Source of the DNA: Chloroflexia bacterium
GTDB taxonomy: Bacteria > Chloroflexota > Chloroflexia > DTKN01
Assembly (NCBI GenBank): GCA_034433695.1
Contig: DAOUAK010000139.1
Span: 1-14,489 of the forward strand
Length of the DNA: 14,489 nucleotides
Direction of reading: 5' to 3'
The translations under genes and the position numbers were made by a program. How positions within the stretch are numbered: position 1 is the first letter of the stretch; every line of letters begins with the position of its first letter. The notes below the pieces were generated by a model. It saw nothing but the letters and a program-made list of their open reading frames with translations, made no database searches and was not told the DNA's origin. Positions 1-6,489 of the stretch are shown in pieces.

Positions 1-82
1 CCTCGGCCCCGTCTCTTCGGGCAGAAGGTACTTTCCTTGCCCTCATATTCGGAAGTCGGGACTTGCCCAAATTTTCGGGAAT

Positions 83-110
83 GGGGTAGGGACAGGGCAA
101 GCCCTACCCC
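83..110. other. Perfect 9-bp inverted repeat (GGGGTAGGG / CCCTACCCC) with a 10-nt loop
   Basis: Read directly: ggggtaggg (83-91), acagggcaag, ccctacccc (102-110). No U-tract follows on either strand, so a terminator role is uncertain. Confidence 0.4.
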
Positions 111-319
111 TACCCGGCTTGGAATTCGTCCTGCAACTCCTGACACTCTTCTGTGGTACAATACATCCGGGCACCTTCTATTTTCGTTCTGATCACGTCT
201 ATTCTACCATAGGCGAGAAACGTGGAGGTGCCCTCCTGTTGGCCAAAAGCAGGGGCGCAATTTAATTACGCCCCTACAAAAATGGCGCGCACCCGGCCCA
301 TACGTCAAGGCGCGTCAAG

Positions 320-365
320 TCAAATGATCATGTTACCGAAGCCTGTTCGTTCCTTCAAATGATCA
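320..365. repeat. Two exact copies of the 11-bp direct repeat TCAAATGATCA, 35 bp apart, each containing the ATGATCA(T) palindromic core. Preceded by CGTCAAG x2 (303-309, 313-319).
   Basis: Read directly at 320-330 and 355-365. Candidate operator or protein-binding sites in the low-GC leader upstream of the SPFH gene. Confidence 0.4.
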
Positions 366-468
366 GGATGAGTGGGGGAAGAGAATGGGCCTGGGCTTGG
401 GAACAAATGAAAAAGGCCGCCTGATGATTTCCCGACTTTTTGGGGGCACACCCAGGGAATACGCAAGG

Positions 469-497
469 TTGACAAAGGGCACCTTTGCGGGTAAACT
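469..497 (+). promoter_or_regulatory. Sigma70-like promoter TTGACA-17-TAAACT for the SPFH gene
   Basis: -35 ttgaca at 469-474, 17-nt spacer, -10 taaact at 492-497. AGGAG at 527-531 and ATG at 542 lie downstream. Confidence 0.5.
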
Positions 498-541
498 GTA
501 GACAGGCCGGATTACTGTGGTTCACCAGGAGAAGAAAAGCC

Positions 542-1789
542 ATGGAGGATCTCGAGATCCCCGAGGAGGAAAGGGATCGTGTGCCCAGGGACAGGAGAGG
601 GATTCGGTTGCTCTTGCGGCTGGGCCTGATCATACTCGTGCTGGGCCTGGGTGGATACCTGGTCTGGCAAGGAGGGTGGCTGGGCGTCCTCTTTTGGCTC
701 CTCATGATTATCTTCCTGATCGAGCACTCCGTCGGCATCCTCTTCGCCCTCCATGACGAACCCGGATCCCGCTGGTACGGATTCCTCTTCTGGGTGTCCA
801 GCGCCTTTCTGGGTTCTCCGGCCGTTCAGATGGTGCGCCAGAAGGACCTGGAGGTCAAGACGGTGCGGCCGGCCGGACCGCTGGCTTCTCTCTTTGCCCG
901 GCTGGGGGCGCCGGCCATCGTCGTCATCGAAAACGGCCTGGCCGCCGTCTTTGAGCGGAGCGGAAAATTCACCCAGGTGCACGGCCCCGGCATCGTCTAT
1001 ACCCGACGTTTCGAGCGCGTGGCCCATGTGATTGACCTGCGTCCGCAACTGCGCCAGGCCGAGATCAAGGATATCCAGACCCGGGATGGCCTGAAGTTCG
1101 ACATCAAGCCGCTCTGGGTCCTCTTCCAGGTAGCCACCGAATATCCCCAGCAGGCCGATTACGGCTACTCCGAGCAGGCCGTGCTCGATCTGGTCTACCG
1201 GGGCGGGCTGCTCTACAATGAAAAGGGGGAGCGGATCGAATGGGGCCGGCGGGTGGTGGGGATGATCGAATACCACCTGCGACAGGTGGCTTCCCGATAC
1301 GACCTCCTGGCTCTGGTTCAGGGGGACGGGGGCAGGAATGCCCGGCAGAATTTTCTCCAGGAGGTGACGGAGGCGGCGCGTTCGGACCTGCAGAGGTGCG
1401 GTGTGCACCTGGTTGGGATTGATATGGGGGATGTGGAGGTGCCGGGCGAAATCCGGGCCCTGCTGGCCCTGCCGATTCGCCAGAGGGTGGACCTAGGATG
1501 GGCACGGACCCAGCGGAGCGCCGTCATCGGCATCTCCGAAGGGCTGCGACAGGCGATGGACCGGATCAAGGAAGCCATTCCCGAAGAGGCCGGGCAGAGG
1601 TCGTACCTCCTTCTCAATTTGATGGCCACGCTGGGGTCGGTTCTGGAGAAATTCCTGGAACTGGCCCGGCCTTATTACCGGGAAGAGCGCGAGGAACTGG
1701 AAAAACCGGCGGAGGAGGGCCGGCCGGCCCTGAGGCCGGGGATAACGAAACCGGAGGCCGGAGCGGCCGGAAAGAAGGAGGGGGGATGA
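542..1789 (+). CDS. SPFH/band-7 (stomatin/prohibitin/flotillin/HflKC) domain membrane protein. Two N-terminal TM helices and a coiled-coil, charged C-terminal tail.
   Basis: ORF track 485..1789. I prefer the ATG at 542 (MEDLEIPEE..) because AGGAG sits 10 nt upstream; the 485 TTG start has no RBS. Hydrophobic segments LLLRLGLIILVLGLGGYLV and LGVLFWLLMIIFLI are followed by an SPFH-like core (PAIVVIENGLAAVFERSGKF..GIVY...IDLRPQ...IKD.QTRDGL.FDIK). Confidence 0.8.
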   Translation: MEDLEIPEEERDRVPRDRRGIRLLLRLGLIILVLGLGGYLVWQGGWLGVLFWLLMIIFLIEHSVGILFALHDEPGSRWYGFLFWVSSAFLGSPAVQMVRQKDLEVKTVRPAGPLASLFARLGAPAIVVIENGLAAVFERSGKFTQVHGPGIVYTRRFERVAHVIDLRPQLRQAEIKDIQTRDGLKFDIKPLWVLFQVATEYPQQADYGYSEQAVLDLVYRGGLLYNEKGERIEWGRRVVGMIEYHLRQVASRYDLLALVQGDGGRNARQNFLQEVTEAARSDLQRCGVHLVGIDMGDVEVPGEIRALLALPIRQRVDLGWARTQRSAVIGISEGLRQAMDRIKEAIPEEAGQRSYLLLNLMATLGSVLEKFLELARPYYREEREELEKPAEEGRPALRPGITKPEAGAAGKKEGG

Positions 1790-1797
1790 AAGGAGGG

Positions 1798-2313
1798 TCA
1801 GGAGGAAGGTTCGGTTTCTTTGCCGATGAGCCTGGGGGGTAGCCCGGTCGGTTCCCGCCAGAAGCGGTCTGCGGAAACCTGCTTGGACCAGCGCCGGGGA
1901 TCTTGCCGGCTACCGAGTGCCTGGAGGAGGGCCGAGACGACCTCGCCGATGCCCTGGTAGTAGCGGTCGGTCTGCGGAGAAGGTTGCTGGCAGGCCTGGG
2001 CGGAAATGGCCGAGCGATAAACGGCGGCGACGATGTTCTCGATGTCCTCCAGCCACCAGTGTTCGGTGCCCGAGGTCGTCCTTGGCCTTTTCCGCGAGGA
2101 AGTTTGGCGGGGAATCTGGTCGAGTTGTTCCAGGGGTAGCCCGAAGGCCAGCATGAGGGCCTGAGTAGCCACCCGGCATCCCCAGCGGTAGAAACGTTCC
2201 TCGGAGGTCGTCGGGCTGTTGTCCCCGGTATCCGGTTCGGGCAATATTTTGGCGGCATAAATCGCCAGAAGGATGTTACGGATGTCCTCGCCACTCCAGA
2301 TTTCCGAACCCAT
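1798..2313 (-). CDS. Hypothetical protein of 171 aa containing an internal tandem duplication of a roughly 55-aa module
   Basis: ATG at 2313 with AGAGGA RBS 6 nt upstream. Repeat 1 is IWSGEDIRNILLAIYAAKI...ERFYRWG...ALMLAFG. Repeat 2 is WWLEDIENIVAAVYRSAI...DRYYQGIG...ALLQALG. The protein-like composition contrasts with the overlapping garbage frame 1614..2294. No recognisable family. Confidence 0.6.
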   Translation of the reverse strand: MGSEIWSGEDIRNILLAIYAAKILPEPDTGDNSPTTSEERFYRWGCRVATQALMLAFGLPLEQLDQIPRQTSSRKRPRTTSGTEHWWLEDIENIVAAVYRSAISAQACQQPSPQTDRYYQGIGEVVSALLQALGSRQDPRRWSKQVSADRFWREPTGLPPRLIGKETEPSS

Positions 2314-2421
2314 CGGTCATCCTCTTGGAACCGGTCCGAAAATAGGCGTGGGACGGTCTGAAGAGGCCGTCCGGGCAGGTTAAAAAGCCTGCCCTACAAG
2401 TTTTCGGTATCTCCGGAAAAT

Positions 2422-2450
2422 AGTGTAGCACATCTTTTCGACAATGTCAA
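2422..2450 (-). promoter_or_regulatory. Sigma70-like promoter on the minus strand (TTGACA-17-TACACT) for the 171-aa gene. Its -35 overlaps the RBS and first ATG of the divergent + gene.
   Basis: Minus strand reads ttgaca (2450-2445), ttgtcgaaaagatgtgc (17 nt), tacact (2427-2422). The roughly 100-nt 5'UTR contains two hairpins: GGGCAGG..CCTGCCC at about 2373-2395 and GGACGG..CCGTCC just downstream on the minus strand. Confidence 0.45.
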
Positions 2451-2461
2451 GGAGGAAAAAG

Positions 2462-3019
2462 ATGTTGGGCTCCGATTGGCTGGAATACTTCCCTGAACAA
2501 CTCCTCACCCTGGATGCCATGCGGACGATTTTCCGACAGGTGCGCGAAACCTTTACCTGGTCCTGGCCGAACAAGCGGGCCGAGCGGGAGTGGCGCCGGC
2601 TGGCCGGGATGGTCCTGGAGGCCCTGGAGGAGGCGTTCATCTGGGGAGCGGTGGTCAAAGGACGGTGGGTGGGCCGGATTCATGACCGCCTGGCCGCCCT
2701 GGAAAGCGGGAAAGGAAAGGCTTCGGTCCGGACGGTACGGGAGGTCCGGGCCGCCTACATCACTTTCCTGGACCGGCTTTACGGGGCCATCTTTCGGCAC
2801 GTGCTCGCGCATATGCCAACGGCCCTCCCCACCGAGGTCGGGTATTTCCACCTCAGTCAGGTGGTTGTCTTCCGTTACGCTCGGCTGCGGGACGCGGAGA
2901 AGCCGGCCCTGGAGGAACTTTTGGAGTTTCTCTATCTGGGCGGCCCGCGTTTCGAGATGGTGTTCTCCTGGCAGCCGCCGGGCGGAAAGGAAGGGGAAAC
3001 CCTCCTTCGGCTCCGATAA
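2462..3019 (+). CDS. Hypothetical protein of 185 aa, transcribed divergently from the 171-aa gene
   Basis: ORF track 2444..3019. I prefer the ATG at 2462 (MLGSDWLEYF..) because GGAGG at 2451-2455 has 6-nt spacing. Protein-like composition with no recognised motif. Stop TAA at 3017-3019. Confidence 0.6.
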   Translation: MLGSDWLEYFPEQLLTLDAMRTIFRQVRETFTWSWPNKRAEREWRRLAGMVLEALEEAFIWGAVVKGRWVGRIHDRLAALESGKGKASVRTVREVRAAYITFLDRLYGAIFRHVLAHMPTALPTEVGYFHLSQVVVFRYARLRDAEKPALEELLEFLYLGGPRFEMVFSWQPPGGKEGETLLRLR

Positions 3020-3097
3020 GGGCCATCCGTGCCCTTTCTTGTCCGTGCCGGCCAAGCGTGCAAGCCATAAGGGGGAAAGTTGATGCCGACATCCTAC

Positions 3098-3126
3098 TTG
3101 ATAAACCCCCGTCTTCATGGTAAAAT
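3098..3126 (+). promoter_or_regulatory. Near-consensus sigma70 promoter TTGATA-17-TAAAAT upstream of the MNT-HEPN cassette
   Basis: ttgata at 3098-3103, 17-nt spacer aacccccgtcttcatgg, taaaat at 3121-3126. AAGGAGG follows at 3128-3134 but has no well-spaced start codon; the nearest is a TTG at 3136, 1 nt away. Confidence 0.5.
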
Positions 3127-3403
3127 AAAGGAGGTTTGCAGGTCACTGCGTTCTATTCCGGACGACGCGGCGCACTGGACCGGGCAACCCATGGTTTTCT
3201 GGTCGCGGCGACAGCCGGCGGTTTCTATGCGAATACGGGAAGCAACGAGTTCATCTACCGCGATCGGTTTCAGCACAGCAGTTGGCTGGCGATACCCATC
3301 CTTCTCTGGACGACTTCACCCGGCACGATGGAGTTCGAGGACGGGACTAGACCTGCGCGACCCGCCGTGGAAGTTACTGAAACCGCTAATCCGGTGGTAA
3401 GCG

Positions 3404-3727
3404 ATGGAAGAGACTCTAAGGGAAGTCAAACGGATCATTCAGGAAGAGGTGGAAGGCGCAGGTTACCGGGTGCGACGTCTCCTCCTTTTCGGCAGCCGGG
3501 CCCGCGGAGAGGCCCGGCCTGACAGCGACTGGGACTTTTATGTGATCATCGACGCCGATGCCGATCGCCAAACCCGCCACGCTATTGCCTCCCGCATCTG
3601 CTGGCGGCTGGCCTTGGAAGGAACCGTCGTTGACGTCTTTGTGCAATCAGAACGCGTGGTGCGGGAACGGGAAGGAGATGTCGGCAGCCTCACGTATTAT
3701 GCGCTGAAAGAGGGTGTCGCGCTATGA
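3404..3727 (+). CDS. Minimal nucleotidyltransferase (MNT, pol-beta superfamily), MntA-like antitoxin partner of HEPN
   Basis: Diagnostic motif LFGSRARGEARPDSDWDFYV (GS-x9-11-DxD). 107 aa. A 4-bp ATGA overlap with the downstream HEPN gene. Confidence 0.85.
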   Translation: MEETLREVKRIIQEEVEGAGYRVRRLLLFGSRARGEARPDSDWDFYVIIDADADRQTRHAIASRICWRLALEGTVVDVFVQSERVVREREGDVGSLTYYALKEGVAL

Positions 3728-4128
3728 GTGAGGCCACCGTTCGGCGTTGGATTCAAAAGGCTGAGAACGATCTCAAGATCGGCGAGGACGAGATGTGTAT
3801 GCCGGATCCGGCGACCGATATGGTGTGCTTCCACATGCAGCAGTGCGCAGAAAAATACCTTAAGGCATTCTTGATCTTCCACCGCCAGGAACCTCCCCGG
3901 ACGCATCGCTTGGCGGCGTTGATTGCGCGATGTGGGCAGATCGATCCTTCGTTCGTCGAGATGATGGAGTGGGGGGTGGATGACTTGACTCCCTATGCAA
4001 CCGAGATGCGTTACGCGGAGGAATTTGCTCTCCCGGATCTCGAAGAAACCCAAAGGGCCATCACTCTGGCGAAACGCGTTCGGACCTTGGTGCTGGAGAG
4101 GCTGACGCAGAGGGGATTGAGCCTTTAG
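3724..4128 (+). CDS. HEPN-domain protein (HepT-like toxin partner of MNT)
   Basis: 134 aa. KYLKAFLIFHRQEPPRTHRLAALI matches the HEPN (PF05168-type) conserved R-x(4-6)-H / P.TH.L..L region. It is translationally coupled to the MNT gene. The cassette is about 55% GC against about 67% in the flanks. Confidence 0.8.
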   Translation: MSEATVRRWIQKAENDLKIGEDEMCMPDPATDMVCFHMQQCAEKYLKAFLIFHRQEPPRTHRLAALIARCGQIDPSFVEMMEWGVDDLTPYATEMRYAEEFALPDLEETQRAITLAKRVRTLVLERLTQRGLSL

Positions 4129-4197
4129 GAGATGTCGCCTATGCACACCCTTCACCCGGTAGCCCCTTCCGGGCATCGCCCGGCCGGGACCGTCGCC

Positions 4198-4440
4198 TTA
4201 TGGCGTCGGCGTGACGACCGGCGTGGGAGGGGCCGGCATCGTGGGTGGGACGGGGGTCAGGGTCGGGATGAGGAACCGCCCCGGCACCTCGGTCCAGGGC
4301 AACGGCGTGGGTAGGGGAGCCTTCCAGGCGCAGGAGCGGGGCCAGATAACCACCAGAATCAGCACGGCCAGAACGACGGCCACCAGGGCCAGGAGTTCCA
4401 GCCGGCCGCTCCAGGAGTTGTTCGCTTTCCGTGTACCCAT
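4198..4440 (-). CDS. Small (80 aa) single-pass membrane protein with a Pro/Thr-rich C-terminal tail
   Basis: ATG at 4440 (minus) preceded by GAAGGAGA 5 nt upstream. MGTRKANNSWSGRLELLALVAVVLAVLILVVIW is one TM helix; the tail is PLPTPLPW..PTLTPVPPTMPAPPTPVVTPTP. It is the C-terminal part of the longer spurious ORF 4198..5040 and convergent with the HEPN gene. Confidence 0.45.
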   Translation of the reverse strand: MGTRKANNSWSGRLELLALVAVVLAVLILVVIWPRSCAWKAPLPTPLPWTEVPGRFLIPTLTPVPPTMPAPPTPVVTPTP

Positions 4441-4501
4441 ACGGTCTCCTTCTCTTGCGTTTTGCGCTGCCAGTGTACCACGGGGCAGGAGGGATGTCAA
4501 G

Positions 4502-4530
4502 TTGCACCGGGCCGAATTTTGTGGTATCAT
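4502..4530 (+). promoter_or_regulatory. Sigma70 promoter with extended -10 (TTGCAC-17-TGgTATCAT) driving the leader of the ECF operon
   Basis: ttgcac at 4502-4507, 17-nt spacer, TG at 4522-4523, tatcat at 4525-4530. Predicted TSS about 4537, which is 250 nt upstream of the ecfA1 ATG. Confidence 0.55.
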
Positions 4531-4660
4531 GACTTTGCCACCGACCCCCGGGTGGGCGGTGAGCCAGGGCGGCCGGCGGCCGCAAGTGCAGGCATAGTTC
4601 AGGATCGTCGCTGGGATCGCAGGGCGACCGAGACGGCGAGGTGGCGATGGAAAGAGCATC

Positions 4661-4689
4661 ATCCTCCGGGGAGCCCTGGAGGATTTTTT
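4661..4689 (+). terminator. Rho-independent terminator inside the ECF-operon leader
   Basis: ATCCTCCGGG (4661-4670), loop GAGC, CCCTGGAGGAT (4675-4684). This is a 10-bp stem with one G-U, followed by TTTTTT (4684-4689). It lies about 125 nt downstream of the predicted TSS and about 100 nt upstream of ecfA1. Confidence 0.6.
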
Positions 4690-4786
4690 GTGGGGATCTC
4701 CCCCTTTTCCCCGGCCGGTTGGCCGCTTCTCCCCTCGTCTGCCGACGTCTCCCTTCCTTCCCCGGAGAAACAGGTAGGCGTGGAGG

Positions 4787-5650
4787 ATGGACGAACCCCT
4801 GATCTGCGTCCGGAACCTGCATTTTGCGTACCCTGCCGGCGGGTCTCTCCGGCCGGCGCTCAACGGCATTGACCTGGACATCTGGCCGGGCGAGTATATC
4901 GCCCTCATCGGCCCCAACGGCTCCGGCAAGACAACTCTGGCCCGCCACCTTAACGCCCTGCTTCTGCCCACCGAGGGGGATGTCTGGGTACAGGGAATGA
5001 ACACAAAGGACCCACACTGCTGGCAGGCGATTCGCCGCACGGTGGCAATGGTCTTTCAGAACCCGGACAGCCAGGTCGTCGCCACGGTGGTGGAGGAGGA
5101 CGTCGCCTTCGGCCCGGAGAACCTGGGGGTGCCGGAGGAGGAGTTGCGTCGCCGGGTGGACTGGGCGCTGGAGGTGGTCGGCCTTTCGGCACAGCGGCAT
5201 CGTGCGCCTCAACACCTCTCCGGTGGCCAGAAGCAACGGCTGGCCCTGGCCGGGGCGCTGGCCATGCTGCCCCGCTGTCTGGTGCTGGACGAGGCCACCT
5301 CGATGCTCGACCCGGCCGGCCGGTGGGCCGTCTTGGAGATCGTCCGGGAACTCTATCATCGGGGAATGACCGTCGTTGCCATTACCCAGGATATGGAAGA
5401 GGTTGTCTGGGCTGAGCGGGTCGTCGTCATGGCCGAGGGACGCATCGTCCTTCAGGGTTCGCCCCGCGAGGTGCTGGCGCAGGAGGAAAGGCTGTATGCC
5501 CTGGGCCTGGACGTTCCGCCGCTGGTCCGGCTTTCCCGCGCCTTACATGCCCGTATTCCCGACTTCCCGGACGGCCTGCTGACCCCGGCCGAGTTTGTCG
5601 CGGCCGTCCGGGAGCGTATCCACAGAGGCAGACGATGGACCGAGCCCTGA
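4787..5650 (+). CDS. ecfA: ECF transporter energy-coupling ATPase, first copy (EcfA1/CbiO-like ABC ATPase)
   Basis: Walker A GPNGSGKTT, ABC signature LSGGQKQRLALAGAL, Walker B LVLDEATSMLD. C-terminal region typical of EcfA. 16-bp overlap with the next gene. Confidence 0.9.
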   Translation: MDEPLICVRNLHFAYPAGGSLRPALNGIDLDIWPGEYIALIGPNGSGKTTLARHLNALLLPTEGDVWVQGMNTKDPHCWQAIRRTVAMVFQNPDSQVVATVVEEDVAFGPENLGVPEEELRRRVDWALEVVGLSAQRHRAPQHLSGGQKQRLALAGALAMLPRCLVLDEATSMLDPAGRWAVLEIVRELYHRGMTVVAITQDMEEVVWAERVVVMAEGRIVLQGSPREVLAQEERLYALGLDVPPLVRLSRALHARIPDFPDGLLTPAEFVAAVRERIHRGRRWTEP

Positions 5651-6489
5651 TCGAGGTACACGACCTCCACTATACCTATATGCGCGGGACCCCCCTGGAG
5701 ACGGCCGCCCTCCGCGGCGTCCACCTTGTCGTCCGGGCCGGCGAGATCGTCGGCCTCATCGGGCCAACCGGATCGGGCAAGTCCACCCTTCTCCAGCACC
5801 TGAACGGCCTTTTACGCCCCCAGCGCGGTTCGGTGCGTGTGCTGGGGGAGGACCTCGCCGACCCCCGCGTGGACCTGCGCGACATCCGGAGACGGGTCGT
5901 CCTTCTCTTCCAGAACCCGGAGGATCAGATTTTCGAGCGCTATGTGGCCGACGACGTGGCTTTCGGGCCGCTGAGTTTGGGCCTGCCGCGGGAGGAAGTG
6001 CAGGTGCGGGTGCGCCGGGCGATGGAGGCGGCCGGCCTGCCCTCTTCCTTCGATAACCGGCTCACCTTTGCCCTCAGCGCCGGCGAACGCCGTCGGGTGG
6101 CGCTGGCCGGCGTGCTGGCGTTGGAGCCGGAGGTGCTGGTGCTGGACGAACCGCTGGCCGGGCTGGACCCCCGTGGCCGCCGGGAACTCCTGGCCCTGCT
6201 TCGGGAGTGGCATCGGCGGGAGGGCCGGGCCATCGTCTGGGCCTCCCACTCGATGGAGGAGATCGCCGGCCTGGCCGACCAGGTTTACGTCCTGGTCGAG
6301 GGACGGGTGGTGCTGGAGGGGACCACCCGGGAGGTATTCGCCCAGGGCGAGGCCCTGGCCCGGTGGGGGTTGGAGGTGCCGGTCGTGACCGGGATGTTGA
6401 GGGAACTGGCCCAGGCCGGCCTGCCGGTGCGCGGCGACGCGCTCACTCTGGAAGAGGCCCTCTCCATCCTGGAGGAGGTGCTTCGATGA
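5635..6489 (+). CDS. ecfA2: ECF transporter energy-coupling ATPase, second copy (EcfA2)
   Basis: Walker A GPTGSGKST, signature-like LSAGERRRVALAGVL, Walker B LVLDEPLAGLD. Stop TGA at 6487-6489 overlaps the ATG at 6486 of the next gene. Confidence 0.9.
   Translation: MDRALIEVHDLHYTYMRGTPLETAALRGVHLVVRAGEIVGLIGPTGSGKSTLLQHLNGLLRPQRGSVRVLGEDLADPRVDLRDIRRRVVLLFQNPEDQIFERYVADDVAFGPLSLGLPREEVQVRVRRAMEAAGLPSSFDNRLTFALSAGERRRVALAGVLALEPEVLVLDEPLAGLDPRGRRELLALLREWHRREGRAIVWASHSMEEIAGLADQVYVLVEGRVVLEGTTREVFAQGEALARWGLEVPVVTGMLRELAQAGLPVRGDALTLEEALSILEEVLR

Noticed and set aside
512-1408. 298-aa minus-strand ORF antisense to the SPFH gene
   Set aside because: It has Pro/His/Gln-rich low-complexity composition typical of an antisense frame in high-GC DNA, and it fully overlaps a well-supported SPFH CDS.
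1614-2294. 226-aa minus-strand ORF overlapping the 171-aa gene and the SPFH 3' end
   Set aside because: It is extremely Pro/Arg/Ser/Gly-rich garbage composition. The alternative frame 1798..2313 is protein-like and has an RBS.
3080-3400. 106-aa + ORF ending exactly at the MNT start
   Set aside because: Its start lies upstream of the promoter -10 and the translation is R/S/W-rich noise. It is in frame with MNT but separated from it by a stop.
3136-3522. 128-aa + ORF (TTG start) between the promoter and MNT
   Set aside because: I do not call it a gene. Its RBS spacing is only 1 nt, it uses a TTG start, and it overlaps MNT by 118 nt. I keep it as an open question in the findings because its N-terminal translation is unusually protein-like.
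4529-4597. 22-codon putative leader peptide (MTLPPTPGWAVSQGGRRPQVQA) in the ECF leader
   Set aside because: Its ATG overlaps the promoter -10 hexamer, so it would lie upstream of the predicted TSS. It has no RBS.
4139-5359. 406-aa and 280-aa minus-strand ORFs spanning the ECF leader and ecfA1
   Set aside because: They are antisense to a strongly supported ABC ATPase and have low-complexity composition. Only the 3' 243 nt (4198..4440) looks like a real small gene.
5595-6388. Several + strand alternative-frame ORFs (153 aa, 106 aa) within ecfA2
   Set aside because: They are out-of-frame overlaps of a well-supported ABC ATPase with Arg/Pro/Gly-rich composition.
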